NCBI RefSeq assembly: GCF_037042905.1
Contig: NC_087245.1
Coordinates: forward strand, 32,738,001-32,802,000
DNA length: 64,000 bases
From: Lytechinus pictus
Lineage: Eukaryota
Direction: 5' to 3'
Below are positions 1-11,498 of the stretch, one piece after another. The notes beneath the pieces were generated by a model. That model worked only from the letters and a program-made list of their open reading frames with translations. It searched no databases and was not told where the DNA came from. Made by a program: the position numbers and the translations under genes. The first letter of the stretch is position 1. Every line of letters begins with the position of its first letter.

Positions 1-1412
1 TCATCCTGGAGAGCGAACCGCTTCTCCAACTTGGTAACCAAGTCAGAGAAGGCGATATTTGGGTTGCTCTCCTGGATGAGAGCCATGAACTTACTAGCTT
101 CGGCCTCCAACGCCAGACACAGCTGATATTTCTTGTCTGCATCAGACATGCCGTGTCTTTCGGTGTATAGTTGGAACTTTGAATAGAAGGCCGCCCAACT
201 TCCTTTGCCGTCGAACGAAATAGTCTTCGGCAAAGAGGTTGGTCTAGAAGGGGGCCTTCTGTCGTCATACTCCGGTACCACAGGTCTTGAGGCCGAAGTA
301 AGTCTGGTGACGCGGGGCGGCTGATTTCTTGTTGACAGCCCCCTGTATCCAGGGCTTACTGATGGCCTTGTGGTGTTTCTATGTTCACTGTATACTGGGC
401 CTCCATGTCCATCTCCTTGAGGTCCAGCGCCTTGATACACAGGGTTGCTACCCCCATATTGCAAGTCACATGGTCCTTGGGGAGAGGTTTGCGGGGCCAC
501 AGTGTTAGGATAGTGTGGCGGATATCTGCCTCCAGCCCATGGTGGGCAATACCCACCGTAGGCGGCAGCAGGGTTGCAGTATGGAGGAGCTGGCTGTCCA
601 GTTCCTCCGAATGGCATCATCTGCATCATCCTAAACATCACGCCATACATTTCCTCGTACTGTGCTTGTGTAAAGTGTGGAACGGCCTGTGGATAGCTAT
701 GTGGAGGTGTCTGGGTTGTTTGATTGAACATTGCTGGTCGGCCACCCTGAGTACCGGGAGCCTGACCATGCAAATCTACTTGGGCATGAGGACCAAATTG
801 GAACTGGGGTCCTGGTGGGGTAGCTACCTGGGCACGAGGACCACATTGGAACTGGGGTCCTGGTGGGGTAACTTGGTGGGGACCCTGTGGTGGGAACAGG
901 CCATCGTTCCATCCTGAAAACCCAAATTGATTAGCCCAGAGGGACTTAGCCCTATCTTCTGGAGAGGCCGAAGGCTGCTGAGTAAAAGCGCCACCTGGCC
1001 TCCCCCCTGTGAAAAATGAGGGGGCCTCCCCGGCCTGTGTCTGAGAAGATTGGCCTACAGCACCCTGTGCGCTATGTGCATGGGTGTGCTGTGGCCAAGC
1101 CTCAAACGCCTGGCTTACGGGGGGCTCCTTAGACGGAATAAGTGGAACGCTCGTAGAAGGCTCGTCTCCTTCGGAGCGCACTTCTCTGCGGTCCACATTA
1201 TGAGCCGTTGTTGTTGGCTCATAATCAAAGGCGTAAACTAACAGTTCCGCCTTCGGTATATGAGGTATCGACAAGAATGTATCCGGAGTAAGGTCGGCCG
1301 CCTCCCTCGCATGTAGAATGCGGTTGGCGGTGGCCATACCCACTCCGGGCAGACTCATCAATTCCTCAGACGAACACAAGTTGATTTTGATTCTTGGTAT
1401 GTTGCTCGCCAT
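1..1412 (-). CDS. gag: Gag (ORF1) of a Ty3/Gypsy-type LTR retrotransposon, 3'-truncated by the window edge; N-terminal double HhH domain, Pro/Gln/Gly-rich linker, capsid-like domain
   Basis: Manual translation from ATG at 1412 is open for ~470 codons to position 1: MASNIPRIKINLCSSEELMSLPGVGMATANRILHARE...PKTISFDGKGSWAAFYSKFQLYTERHGMSDADKKYQLCLALEAEASKFMALIQESNPNIAFSDLVTKLEKRFALQD. The FDG..W..F...F.......K...L...L...A...L...L.KRF pattern is typical of Gypsy Gag capsid regions. The ORF lies downstream of a PBS and is absent from the ORF track, presumably because no stop falls in the window. Confidence 0.85.
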   Translation of the reverse strand, partial: MASNIPRIKINLCSSEELMSLPGVGMATANRILHAREAADLTPDTFLSIPHIPKAELLVYAFDYEPTTTAHNVDRREVRSEGDEPSTSVPLIPSKEPPVSQAFEAWPQHTHAHSAQGAVGQSSQTQAGEAPSFFTGGRPGGAFTQQPSASPEDRAKSLWANQFGFSGWNDGLFPPQGPHQVTPPGPQFQCGPRAQVATPPGPQFQFGPHAQVDLHGQAPGTQGGRPAMFNQTTQTPPHSYPQAVPHFTQAQYEEMYGVMFRMMQMMPFGGTGQPAPPYCNPAAAYGGYCPPWAGGRYPPHYPNTVAPQTSPQGPCDLQYGGSNPVYQGAGPQGDGHGGPVYSEHRNTTRPSVSPGYRGLSTRNQPPRVTRLTSASRPVVPEYDDRRPPSRPTSLPKTISFDGKGSWAAFYSKFQLYTERHGMSDADKKYQLCLALEAEASKFMALIQESNPNIAFSDLVTKLEKRFALQD

Positions 1413-2750
1413 CTTGATGTAGAAATTAATCAGTAACAAAAGTTAAATTCCAAAATTGAACTGTAATTAACCAAAAATTATCCTGCAGACTACTTTGTCT
1501 TGCGGATAAAATCAAAATAAATCTGGGACAAAATTAACTTTTTGAAAAAAAAATGAAAGAGAATTAACAGAACTAATCTCACAATATCCTGAGAATGTAA
1601 TCAAATTAAAATCCAGAGGCTACCTTGCCTAAAAAATAAAATTCCTGTATGATTTAATTCTTAGGAAAGAAAAGAAAAAATGCAAACAATCGAACGCTCA
1701 CTTGTTCAAAGAAAGATATGAAAAATATATAGAAATAGTTTCAAATAAATAAATTCTTATTATTTATTTATTTTTTTTCTGTTTTTTGAACAAAAGTTAA
1801 TATTTACAAGTACAATTTATCTAAATATATACAAAATTTATTTAATTATACAATTTATAATTAATTGATTGAATATGAATTTAATACAAATGTCAGCAGC
1901 ACAGCTCACAGCATTCACTCAACGGCAGCACCAGCAACAAAATATATTATACAACAGCAGCAGCAACAATTCAATTACACAACGGCAGCAGCAATAAACA
2001 ACAAAATATTCAATACAGACGCAGCAGCAACAACAAAATAATTAATACAAGACTGAATTTCCTTATCTCCTGAGACGTGACCAAAAAATTTCTGGTGTTT
2101 TCTCCAAAAAACACCCAGAAATATAATTACAAAAAAATACTAACAGCAGCAGCAGCAGCGCGGCGGTCAAAGGAGAAAAGCAAATTCAGGCTTGTAATAA
2201 AATAATCAACTCACAACATCAATAATATTCAGCAATACATTCACACACACCACATCAGTAAACACAGTCAAACGCAATCAAAATTTCATCAAAGTCAATC
2301 ACACTCGGTGGCCACAAAAATATATCCTAACGAGGGAAGATTTAAATATATTGTCAACAAAATGAGTGGATATTTACCCTAAATAGTACAACGTATAATG
2401 TTTTGTCCAAAAAAATCCGATTAGCTCCTGTCGAGCTAGCCGCTGAATTCCTTCAAGGCCAGCACGGCAGTGCCGATCGGTAAAAAAATAGAGTATATTT
2501 ACGGAACTAAAAATCAAACTTTTTCCACCAAAAAATAAAATCTCAAACTAAAATAATATGTTTCTTTTTGTTTTATTTAATATTATGGACGACACAGAGT
2601 CAAACAGCTCAAATTAATAAAAAGCCTAAAATTTTCAAGATGGCGGCGGCTTTTTTATATTCGGCCACGGCCAACGCAGATTCTGCAACGGCGTTGGCTG
2701 TGGCGAAGTAAAGAAAATGTTTTGCCGAAAATAAAATAAAAATCGCTTTA

Positions 2751-2763
2751 ATCCTCGTCGCCA
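2751..2763 (-). promoter_or_regulatory. Primer-binding site complementary to the 3' end of tRNA-Ser(GCU)
   Basis: Minus strand reads TGGCGACGAGGAT, complementary to ...AUCCUCGUCGCCA, the metazoan tRNA-Ser(GCU) 3' end. It directly abuts the putative LTR. Confidence 0.8.
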
Positions 2764-3066
2764 GTAAAGAGGGGGGCCGATAACATAAATAATAATACAC
2801 TCACTATACACATATAAACTTCACACCGGGAGAAAGCCTTACCTTATTCTTGTTATCTATCCAGGCACTGTGACAGCTCTCTTACAACAGGTCCGCTACG
2901 ACCGGGGGTTGGGTATGGAATCTTGTGGTTGAGTGGCGTGTGTAGAATACCGGTATATGTGTGTGTTGTATACAGCTGAATGCAGGTCTTGTGTTTGTTC
3001 GTCCCGCCGGTGGGTCATGTGACATCGTATGCTTAATAACTAATAATCCCTACTAATCCCCTAACA
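2764..3066 (-). repeat. Putative 5' LTR (~300 bp)
   Basis: Minus strand begins TGTTAGGGG at 3066 and ends CCCCCCTCTTTAC next to the PBS; unrelated repeat sequence resumes at 3067. No second LTR is in the window, so the outer boundary is inferred. Confidence 0.6.
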
Positions 3067-5089
3067 CCATATTGCTTCCGCGCTGCGCGCGGATAAATGA
3101 CAATATTGCAGTTCTCCTCTGTTTCCCCCACCCTTTCTCTAACCCTGTTTTTCCACCTCAGCTATACGTGTTTCTTGCCAGTTCAAGTTCAAATGTATAC
3201 ATGAGGGCATGGAATTAGAGTAAGGTTAGGCCGAAGTGTATGAAGTCTTTTTTTTTTCAAATTGATCGCGAAACTTCTGGTCGGGTCGACACCAGGCGGG
3301 TCAAATCTTTATATCAATTTCTGCCGTCACCTCCACTAGGGCAACTTCTCCCGCTTTTCAGCTCATTATTTAACAACCATAATTTTGGGGCAAACGGGTT
3401 TCTAATTAAAAAAAAAGAAGGTATAAAATTTGTGTCGTATCAAATAAAAAAGTACAATATTTTTTAAATCAAATTCTAGTAAATTTCATGTCATTTCCCT
3501 GCCCTGTCCTATTTTGCGCCCTCAGTTTGAATGACACTTAAGTTTCAAAATGTTCAAAATGAAGCGCTTCAAGATTAGTCAAAGACATTATACATCATCC
3601 TTTTTATATAATTTTAATAAATCACAGAAGTTTCAACTTTTTGAGCGGTATTTTCCTTGTAATGAAGTTAAATAATCTTAGAAAATCAATTGAATTAGAG
3701 CCCATGGGTATAGAGATATCTGCATGTAATGAAACGTCCGACCTTTAAAATTTCAGAGTTTCATTGCTCTGCGCGGGGAAGAATATCTTCCTCCCGGCAT
3801 ATCTTCTCCTCTGTTTTGCGAGTTAAATATATGCACTGTGGCTAAATTGTAATCAAATCTGATCTTTCCGAGGGAAGCATTCAATATGACTTAGAGAATA
3901 CCATTATTTCGGGACCCTTTTCTTTGCCAAAAAATTATAAAATGCATGAGCTTCCGCGCTTCGTGCGGGGTAATTATTATTATAATTTCCTTCATTTTAT
4001 CCCTTTTTGTGCGTTCACAATCACTTTTGAAAACAAGATTCAAAATCACAATAGAGTCAACTGAATTGGAGCTGATACAGGTACTAGAGACAAGATAGAC
4101 GGCTCCTTTTCATTTTAATTTATGAAACACCGAAAGCTTCGCGCTTCGCGCAGGAGGGGGAAACTCCCCATCCCTGCACCCACCCCCTAGGGAGCGCGCT
4201 TCGCGCGCTCTGTAAGTGTTGGCACGCTTCGCGTGCATTTACCGCCCCCTCCAAAATGAAATCCTGGCTACGCGGTTGCACTAATACGAGGTTAGTATAC
4301 ATAGGCGGATCCAGCTTTTGGCGAAAGGGGGGGCGCACTGTCGAGCGGCGCACATATTTTTGCACTTCACCGGCGCCATAAAAGAAAATGTTGAAAAGGG
4401 GTAAAGTCTGACCCTGTCAAATGCTCTTTTCAAAATGTAGGATATCCAGTCATGCCATTTTGCATGACCACACGCAGATAATATTTCCGGGGGGGGGGGG
4501 GGGGGGCAAGACTCGAAAATTTGGTGCACATCTCACATTTGCACATTTTTCATAGTGTTCATGAAATGTTTAAGGAAAAAAATTGTTTTTCACAACAGTA
4601 GATCGCGAATGTGCCCCCCTTCCCCCTTGCTGCGTACGACCATTCCCTGAACTTCTGAAGTCCACTTAAACATATCTCATTATAACAGAAAATATACATC
4701 AATTTAAACATATAATCTTTCTAAAACATATATAGAGAGAGATTGAAAAACTTATTAAAGAAAGAAACAAGCAAACAGTAACACAAATTATGCATGTTAT
4801 GTGCGATTTCAAAATCTCGTGTATTAACCCTTTTATTGCGATGAGGCCAATACTTTTGTATATTAATAGAGATACAAGGTTTTTTTTTACTATATGTATA
4901 TATATATATATATACACAGGGGCGTCGATCCTTTTTTTAAGATTTGGCGGGCAAAATCATGAATCAACTTTCCAAAGGCGCTCGATATCACACAAAACAA
5001 ACAAACTCACACAAACACACACACACATATGCATATATATATATATATATATTTATGACTCATGAGATAGAAGCATATATCTCACCAAC

Positions 5090-5640
5090 AAATTAATGCG
5101 AGCGCGAAGCGCGAGCTGAAATTTTTTAGTATACTGACCTGAAAACAGGAAAAAGGTGCCTGTTTAGGACTGTTTGTTGTAACTCATGAGGAGGATACAT
5201 ATCTCACTACACAGATAATGCGAGTGCCGAGGGCGAGCTGAAATTTCTTTATATTCTGACCAGAAAGCTTGATATTCTATGCATTTTTGGTACCAATGAT
5301 TAAGATGGGTATCTAAAAAAAACAATAGATGCGAGCGCGAAGCGCGAGCTTAAAATTTTGATATTTCGATCTGAAAAAAATGACAGTTTAATGGACGTTT
5401 GTAATAAAGAACAAGATTATATCCAGCAAAAGATTATTGCAAATCGAAGCGGGAGTTCTTTTGACGTTTAGTCCTGAAAAAGGGACATTCTATTCACCTA
5501 TTTAATCATGAAAAGTATGGGGTTTTGCTACAGAAATGATGCGAGTGCAAAGCGCGAGCTGAAAATTTTTATATTCAAATCTGAGAAGCGGATAATTTAA
5601 GCACGATTTTAAATAAAGAACGAGTTGTGTAGCTCAATCT
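5090..5640 (+). repeat. Degenerate ~90-120-bp tandem repeat with GCGAGCGCGAAGCGCGAGCTGAAATTTT core (about 5 copies)
   Basis: Core recurs near 5098, 5219, 5330, 5446 and 5540. Confidence 0.75.
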
Positions 5641-6009
5641 CAATATACGACTGGTTGCATAATTATACACTCCCGGTACTAGCAACGGGTTTTAGCAAAG
5701 TTTTGGGCTAAAATATCGAATCATCTTCATAAAACACTATAGTAGCTGTCTTAAACTAAAGGCCATAGAGGTGGCACAATGTGGAATGTGTAAAGAAGAA
5801 AAGTGACTGACCTTCTTTTTATTAAAGCATTGGAAAATAAGATCAAAATTAAAGGATTTGCTCTACGCTTTTGTATGATTCTGGGATTTTTAAAATAAAT
5901 TAAAGATTTCATGACATCTGTCATTCTGTTGGCAACTGCCCCGCCCCAGTCCACTCTGTAAGGGCATGCGATAAGCTTTGTTATGACCATTCAACAATAA
6001 AATGTATAA

Positions 6010-7160
6010 CCAGGTGCCGCTGATTATTCTTGACCGGCGCCGATCTAGATTTGGTTGGCAATAGGCCCTTCTTCATTATTCTACCGGCGCCTATTTATTG
6101 GAACCAGGGGACGCTGATTATTCTTGACCGGCGCCGATTTAGAACAAGTAGTGCTGATTATTTTTACCGACGTCACGTAAGATTCAGGCAGCGGCAATTC
6201 ATAATTGACTGGCGCCGATTTAGAACCAGGAGGCGCCGATTATTCTTGACTGGCGCTGATTATTCTTGTCTGGCGCCGATTTAGATTTAGGTGGAGCTGA
6301 TTATTCTTGATCGGCGCCGGTTAAGACTCTGGCAGCGCCGATTTATAACCAGATGGCGCTGATTATTCTTGTCCGGCCCCGATTTAGATTTAGGTGGCGC
6401 TGATTATTTTTGATCGGCGCCGGTTAAGAACTCAGGCAGCATCGATTTTTCTGTACCGGCGCCGATTTATAACCAGATGGCGCCGATTATTTTTATCTGG
6501 TGCCAATTTAGATTTAGGTGGCGCAGATTATCCTTGATCGGCGCCGGTTAAGACTCTGGCAGTGCCGATTTTTCTCGACTGGCGCCGATTTATAACCAAA
6601 TGGCGCTGATTATTAGAACAAGTAGTGCTGATTATTTTTACCGACGTCACGTAAGATTCAGGCAGCGGCAATTCATAATTGACTGGCGCCGATTTAGAAC
6701 CAGGAGGCGCCGATTATTCTTGACTGGCGCCGATTTTTAACCAGGTGGTGCTGATTATTCTTGTCCGGCGCCGATTTAGATTTAGGTGGAGCTGATTATT
6801 CTTGATCGGCGTCGGTTAAGACTCTGGCAGCGCCGATTTATAACCAGATGGCGCTGATTATTCTTGTCCGGCCCCGATTTAGATTTAGGTGGCGCTGATT
6901 ATTCTTGATCGGCGCCGGTTAAGAACTCAGGCAGCGTCGATTTTTCTGTACCGGCGCCGATTTATAACCAGATGGCGCCGATTATTTTTATCTGGTGCCG
7001 ATTTAGATTTAGGTGGCGCAGATTATCCTTGATCGGCGCCGGTTAAGACTCTGGCAGTGCCAATTTTTCTCGACTGGCGCCGATTTATAACCAAATGGCG
7101 CCGATTATTCTTGATTGGCGCCAGTTATCTGCAGGCAGCGCACTGCTGATTATTTTTAAC
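6010..7160 (+). repeat. GGCGCCGATT/ATTCTTGA minisatellite with ~474-bp higher-order duplication
   Basis: Dozens of ~20-bp GGCGCCGATT-containing units; the block starting AGAACAAGTAGTGCTG at 6141 recurs at 6615. Confidence 0.9.
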
Positions 7161-8407
7161 CGGCGAAGTTGTTGGGAAAAGGGTAGTTAAAAGAAAAGAT
7201 AAGGAAGATGATATGATTGTGCTTTGCTGGGGGATAGTCTTTCCTTACTGTTGCTAATATTATATCAGTGTATAATTTGTTTAAGCGGCGCCTTTTCTTC
7301 TCTTTCCTTTATTTTCATTTTTTCAAGCAGCGCCTTTTCTTTCTTTTAGTTTTCTTTTATTTTTTTTTAGCGGCGCCGGCGCCGCTCAAATATTAGGGGG
7401 GGCGCGCGCCCCCTGCGCCACCCCCCTGGATCCGCCACTGGTATATATACTAACCTCGTACAAGGGACCGTGTTTGACCCTGGATTTCGAAGTAGTCGGC
7501 AAACATCGCTTCATTGCTGAAGTAATATTTGCCGAAACTCCTTCTCGCTACGCACCGGGGCTCTTTCCGGTAAGTAGCAATACATTAAAAATTATACATA
7601 TGATTATGAAGTAATTTCATTACAAAAAGAGCAAATTTCGCTTACCTCGGCCTAGCAAGTGACTTCGTTTGTCTCTTCTACGGAAATACAAGGAAGCCCG
7701 TTGGTGGCGCTAATAAATTTCACAACCTTGATTCAGCTCCTCGGTAATTTTATAACTGTGTCTAAATTCTTTGAATGCGCAATTCTTATGATTAATTTAC
7801 TAATTATGGGCACCAATAAATGAAATACCTTCAAAAACATAATTCAAGATTACTATTGGCGATGATAACACTTTTTTGCAATTAATTTAAAACGATGACT
7901 TATTAAAAAAAATGAAAAAAATACACATGCCTGGAACGAAACCAGCAGTACAAGCTTTAACGAACGTCAAATAATACGGCACTATACCAAAGTCTATACA
8001 ATGAAAAGATTGGACACTTCACAGACTTCGCGTAATGCCTTGCGTCGATTTGCGTGTAAAATAGTGTAGGTGCCTAGTCTTTCCCTTGTCGTGTCTTTGA
8101 TATGAATATAAATCGCGCGCCCTCTTCAGGCGAATATTGATATCCACGCTGACCAATTTTTATCTCCGTGAAATCTTCGCTAAAGATCAAGAAAATATAC
8201 ATATTTTTAAAAAGAAACTTCAAGGAGAAGTCACGGAAGGATCTAAATGATTTGGTAAGTGTCATAGCAGAATGTGAAATACCAGATTATGCGTGATATT
8301 TTATGTGGGCAAAAGCCCAGTATATTTTGGATGTGTCGTGTGTGTCGCGTGCATATGACTGATATTCCTTCGCACGCGAGACGATATGAACCCATGGGTG
8401 GATTTAA

Positions 8408-8893
8408 CCCAGGGAGCTTCGGCCCGGGAAGCGGGCCGGAGCCCAGGAGTTGACCGTGCAAAACGAGGGAGACACTGGGGTAGCTTGGGGTCTCAATAGT
8501 AATCTTAATAAAATGTGTAAACAGAAATTATGCACTTACCACGATTATATGGATGAAGGTCTATCGTGACACAAATCCTGACATCGAGGCACTGGAACCT
8601 CAAAAAAACGAAAAGTTCTGTCACGATCCCTCTCCTTCTTTCAAAATTCAGAACAAAATGGCCGATCGAGATCAAGGCTATATTTTGTTTTTTTGAGGTT
8701 CCAGTCTGTGCGTCGATGTCAGGATTTGTGTGTCACGATAGACCTTCATCCATATAATCATGGTAAGTGCATAATTTCTGTTTCCACATTTTATTAAGAT
8801 TACTATTGAGACCCCAATCTACCCCAGTCCTGTGTCTCCCTCGTTTTGCACGGTCGACGCAAATGGGCGCAAAGCGGGCCGGAGCTCCCTGGG
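8408..8893. mobile_element. piggyBac-like MITE with long inverted arms
   Basis: TTAA|CCCAGGGAGC...GCTCCCTGGG|TTAA (TTAA at 8404-8407 and 8894-8897); ~8453-8610 is the reverse complement of ~8690-8855. Confidence 0.8.
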
Positions 8894-9182
8894 TTAATCA
8901 TGATCCTGCAGGTCAGAATAATTGTTGACACAAGAAGACAGCTCGTTTTTATTTCAGAGGAAACAAAATTATACAAACCAATATAACGAGACAAAATTGT
9001 AAAAACAGTTTGAACATATAACAAATTCAAAAATTCATCATGAAGAATGTTTTATGATTTCTTCTTCATTTTGCATGTAGTTAATGAAAGTTATTTGGTC
9101 TTCCATTGTCTAATTCTGTTTATACCGTAGTAATGATCATTCTCTATCTTGCTTTATCTCCTATTTCTTCCTGATATTTTAG

Positions 9183-9265
9183 ATATTGGGGAAATTTCTG
9201 CAAGATTGTTTGACCACAGAGCCATTTTGCAAGGAGAAATCAAGTATTTCATCAAAGAATTTGAG
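9183..9265 (+). CDS. BLOC1S5: BLOC-1 subunit 5 (Muted), internal coding exon (first visible)
   Basis: tttag|...|gtaagt, 83 nt. Encodes (D)IGEISARLFDHRAILQGEIKYFIKEFE, matching the conserved Muted N-terminal motif (human DLGEIHSRLLDHRPVIQGETRYFVKEFE, recalled). Confidence 0.92.
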
Positions 9266-10292
9266 GTAAGTTGTGTTTACATGTATAGGACTCACAATTA
9301 AAGTAGTTCATCTACTTGCTGTCTTGCTTATCTTCTATATTTATCGGATTGAGAATAAATAGCAGGGATCACATGTAAGGTGTGTGTATGAATGCTTATT
9401 TTGTAGGGGGATTTTGTAATAGTCCTTGACCTAATTAAAGTATATAATGACAGATGGTCATTAAATATTGCATGGTTGTTCAGATAGGCTTTAATACACC
9501 ATGTGATTAAACCAAAGCATAAACCAAACATAAACTCCATTGCAACCCTAACTCTGACCCTATATCTTAGACGAAATAAAGCCCAGAGCAGTTGTCGCCG
9601 GAGCAGATGTCTGTCAGCACCAGTTTATCTAGTAATTGCATTTAGTCATTACCATTTTGACTAATTTCCAAATGTTATTCCCACTTTTTCTAATATCCAC
9701 TTGGTCTACTACACAATATGAACTGCTCATGAATCAAATTTTCATTTAAAACAAAGTGGCATTAGACTAGATGAGAGTTAGATTACGTGGGTTTCAGACC
9801 AAGTGTAGTGTAGACCAAACTGATAGGAGATCAAATGGGTTTAGCCCAAGTGGTATCAGACTTTGATAAGTAGACCAACTGCTTGAATACCAAGTGAATA
9901 TTAACTGTCAGCGTCTTTTGATGATAACTTTGATGGTAACTTAAAAACATAATAGGAAGACTATATAGGCAATATTTTTTTAATCAAATGCAATTATCTA
10001 TTTTATGTTCCCTTGCATATTTTCTTTATACCTTTAGTATATTTTGTACATTGTGATGCGATTTCTATTTTTTTCTTCTATTTCAATTCGTCTTTAGTTT
10101 AATTCAGTTTTTGTTTTAGGTATGTTCATGAGGATCATTTCCAACACGCCATCTATGTGCTTTTTATGAGCTTCCAACAATAATAATTGTATTACCTTGT
10201 TTGTAAACTTATATGAATGTATAAAATGTTTTTATCTTGAAGTGGAAATAAATGAAATAAATAATGAAATATGATGGCATTTCTTCTTGCAG

Positions 10293-10422
10293 ACAAAGCG
10301 AAATGACCGGGGATGCAAGAGACTCGAAGCCAACCTCCAGAAATTGAAAGATGTAGATGAAACCGTCGCTCCAGATTGCATAGATATCATGAAAGAACAC
10401 ATTCCAAACTTGCTTGATCAAT
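10293..10422 (+). CDS. BLOC1S5: BLOC1S5 internal coding exon
   Basis: ttgcag|...|gtaagt, 130 nt, phases 0 to 1. TKRNDRGCKRLEANLQKLKDVDETVAPDCIDIMKEHIPNLLDQ continues the Muted alignment. Confidence 0.9.
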
Positions 10423-11498
10423 GTAAGTCACCAAAACAAAATGTATCATATTAAGTAGACAGTTAAACCTCCGTAAATTGGCATTTCTCTTTTGGAATAC
10501 AGTGTATAGTACTACAGTATTATTTCCCAGGTCAGTCAGAACAAATTTCTTTGACCAAAATATTAAAAACATATTCTTCTGACTCTATGCAAAACTTGTC
10601 ATTTTTTTCTTTTATTAAGACTTTAAGCTGAATGGTGCAAAATATGTTATTTACCGGAAAGCATGTCATTTATATGTACCTCTCCTATGTTGATTGTGGA
10701 ATAAACATTTTCCTTACCTCTCAGATGAAGTCAAACAAGTTTCTCTGATTCAACTTAAAGATTTCTAAATCAGTTAAAACTGATTTACCAGGCAAAATTA
10801 CTAGTACATGTATGACACTTGCTGCATGTACATTTACATGTAGTTGAAGAAATATGCTTAAGGTATGTTATGATGAAATATATTGTTTTTATTTTGTAAA
10901 AAAAATATTGTAACTAGGGCCTTTACTTATAAATTTCATGAATGAAATTGGTTATATTCTAAATGAAATTGGCCTGCAGATAAGACCTTTTCAAAGTAAA
11001 AACATCTATGTGCACTGCGAAAGGTCTATAGATATTATTATTCAGTAATACTGTACTGCTTGTTTTGTAAGTAATCCAACCATTGGACTAATAATGTATT
11101 ATTCTTATAAGGAAAATATGAAAACCTTATTTTTCCTCATTAAAATGCAAAACAATGTGTCATTCATCTTTTAGGATGTGGAATTGGTGCTGTTGCATCA
11201 CATTGTCACGGTTGTCCAGGAATATACTTCCTTATTGTCAAATCTGCAAAAACATTCTATATTCCATATACTGTAATACCAACACCAAAGAAATAGTGAA
11301 TGAGTAAGTGAGATCATTGACTTTCTCATTTGCACATCACTGTATAGTGTAACTTTTTAAAGTGAGACTTTAAGACACTTTAGAATGTCATAAATGTTGG
11401 ATTTTACATCCGATTTCGATGAAATTTTCACCATTGTTGGGATGGACCTGTCCTTTAAGAGCTTAGATTGGTCAAATAGAAACCATTAGATTTATTAA

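Larger units (their letters stand above)
1..3066 (-). mobile_element. Ty3/Gypsy-type LTR retrotransposon, 5' portion (LTR, PBS, ~1.3-kb leader, gag)
   Basis: Minus-strand order is putative LTR, PBS TGGCGACGAGGAT, AT-rich leader, intact gag. pol and the 3' LTR would lie left of the window. Confidence 0.85.
4285..7460. mobile_element. Composite non-autonomous DNA-transposon region bounded by inverted repeats
   Basis: TACGAGGTTAGTATA (4285-4299) is the exact reverse complement of 7446-7460. Just inside are CATAGGCGGATCCAG and CTGGATCCGCCACTG. The interior is tandem arrays with no transposase ORF. Confidence 0.5.

Noticed and set aside
381..917. 178-aa plus-strand ORF and other short ORFs in 356-1241
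   Set aside because: Antisense or alternate-frame shadows of the minus-strand gag ORF.
6010..7160. CRISPR-like array of short GGCGCCGATT repeats
   Set aside because: Intervening sequences are themselves repeated and block-duplicated rather than unique spacers; there are no cas genes and the context is eukaryotic.
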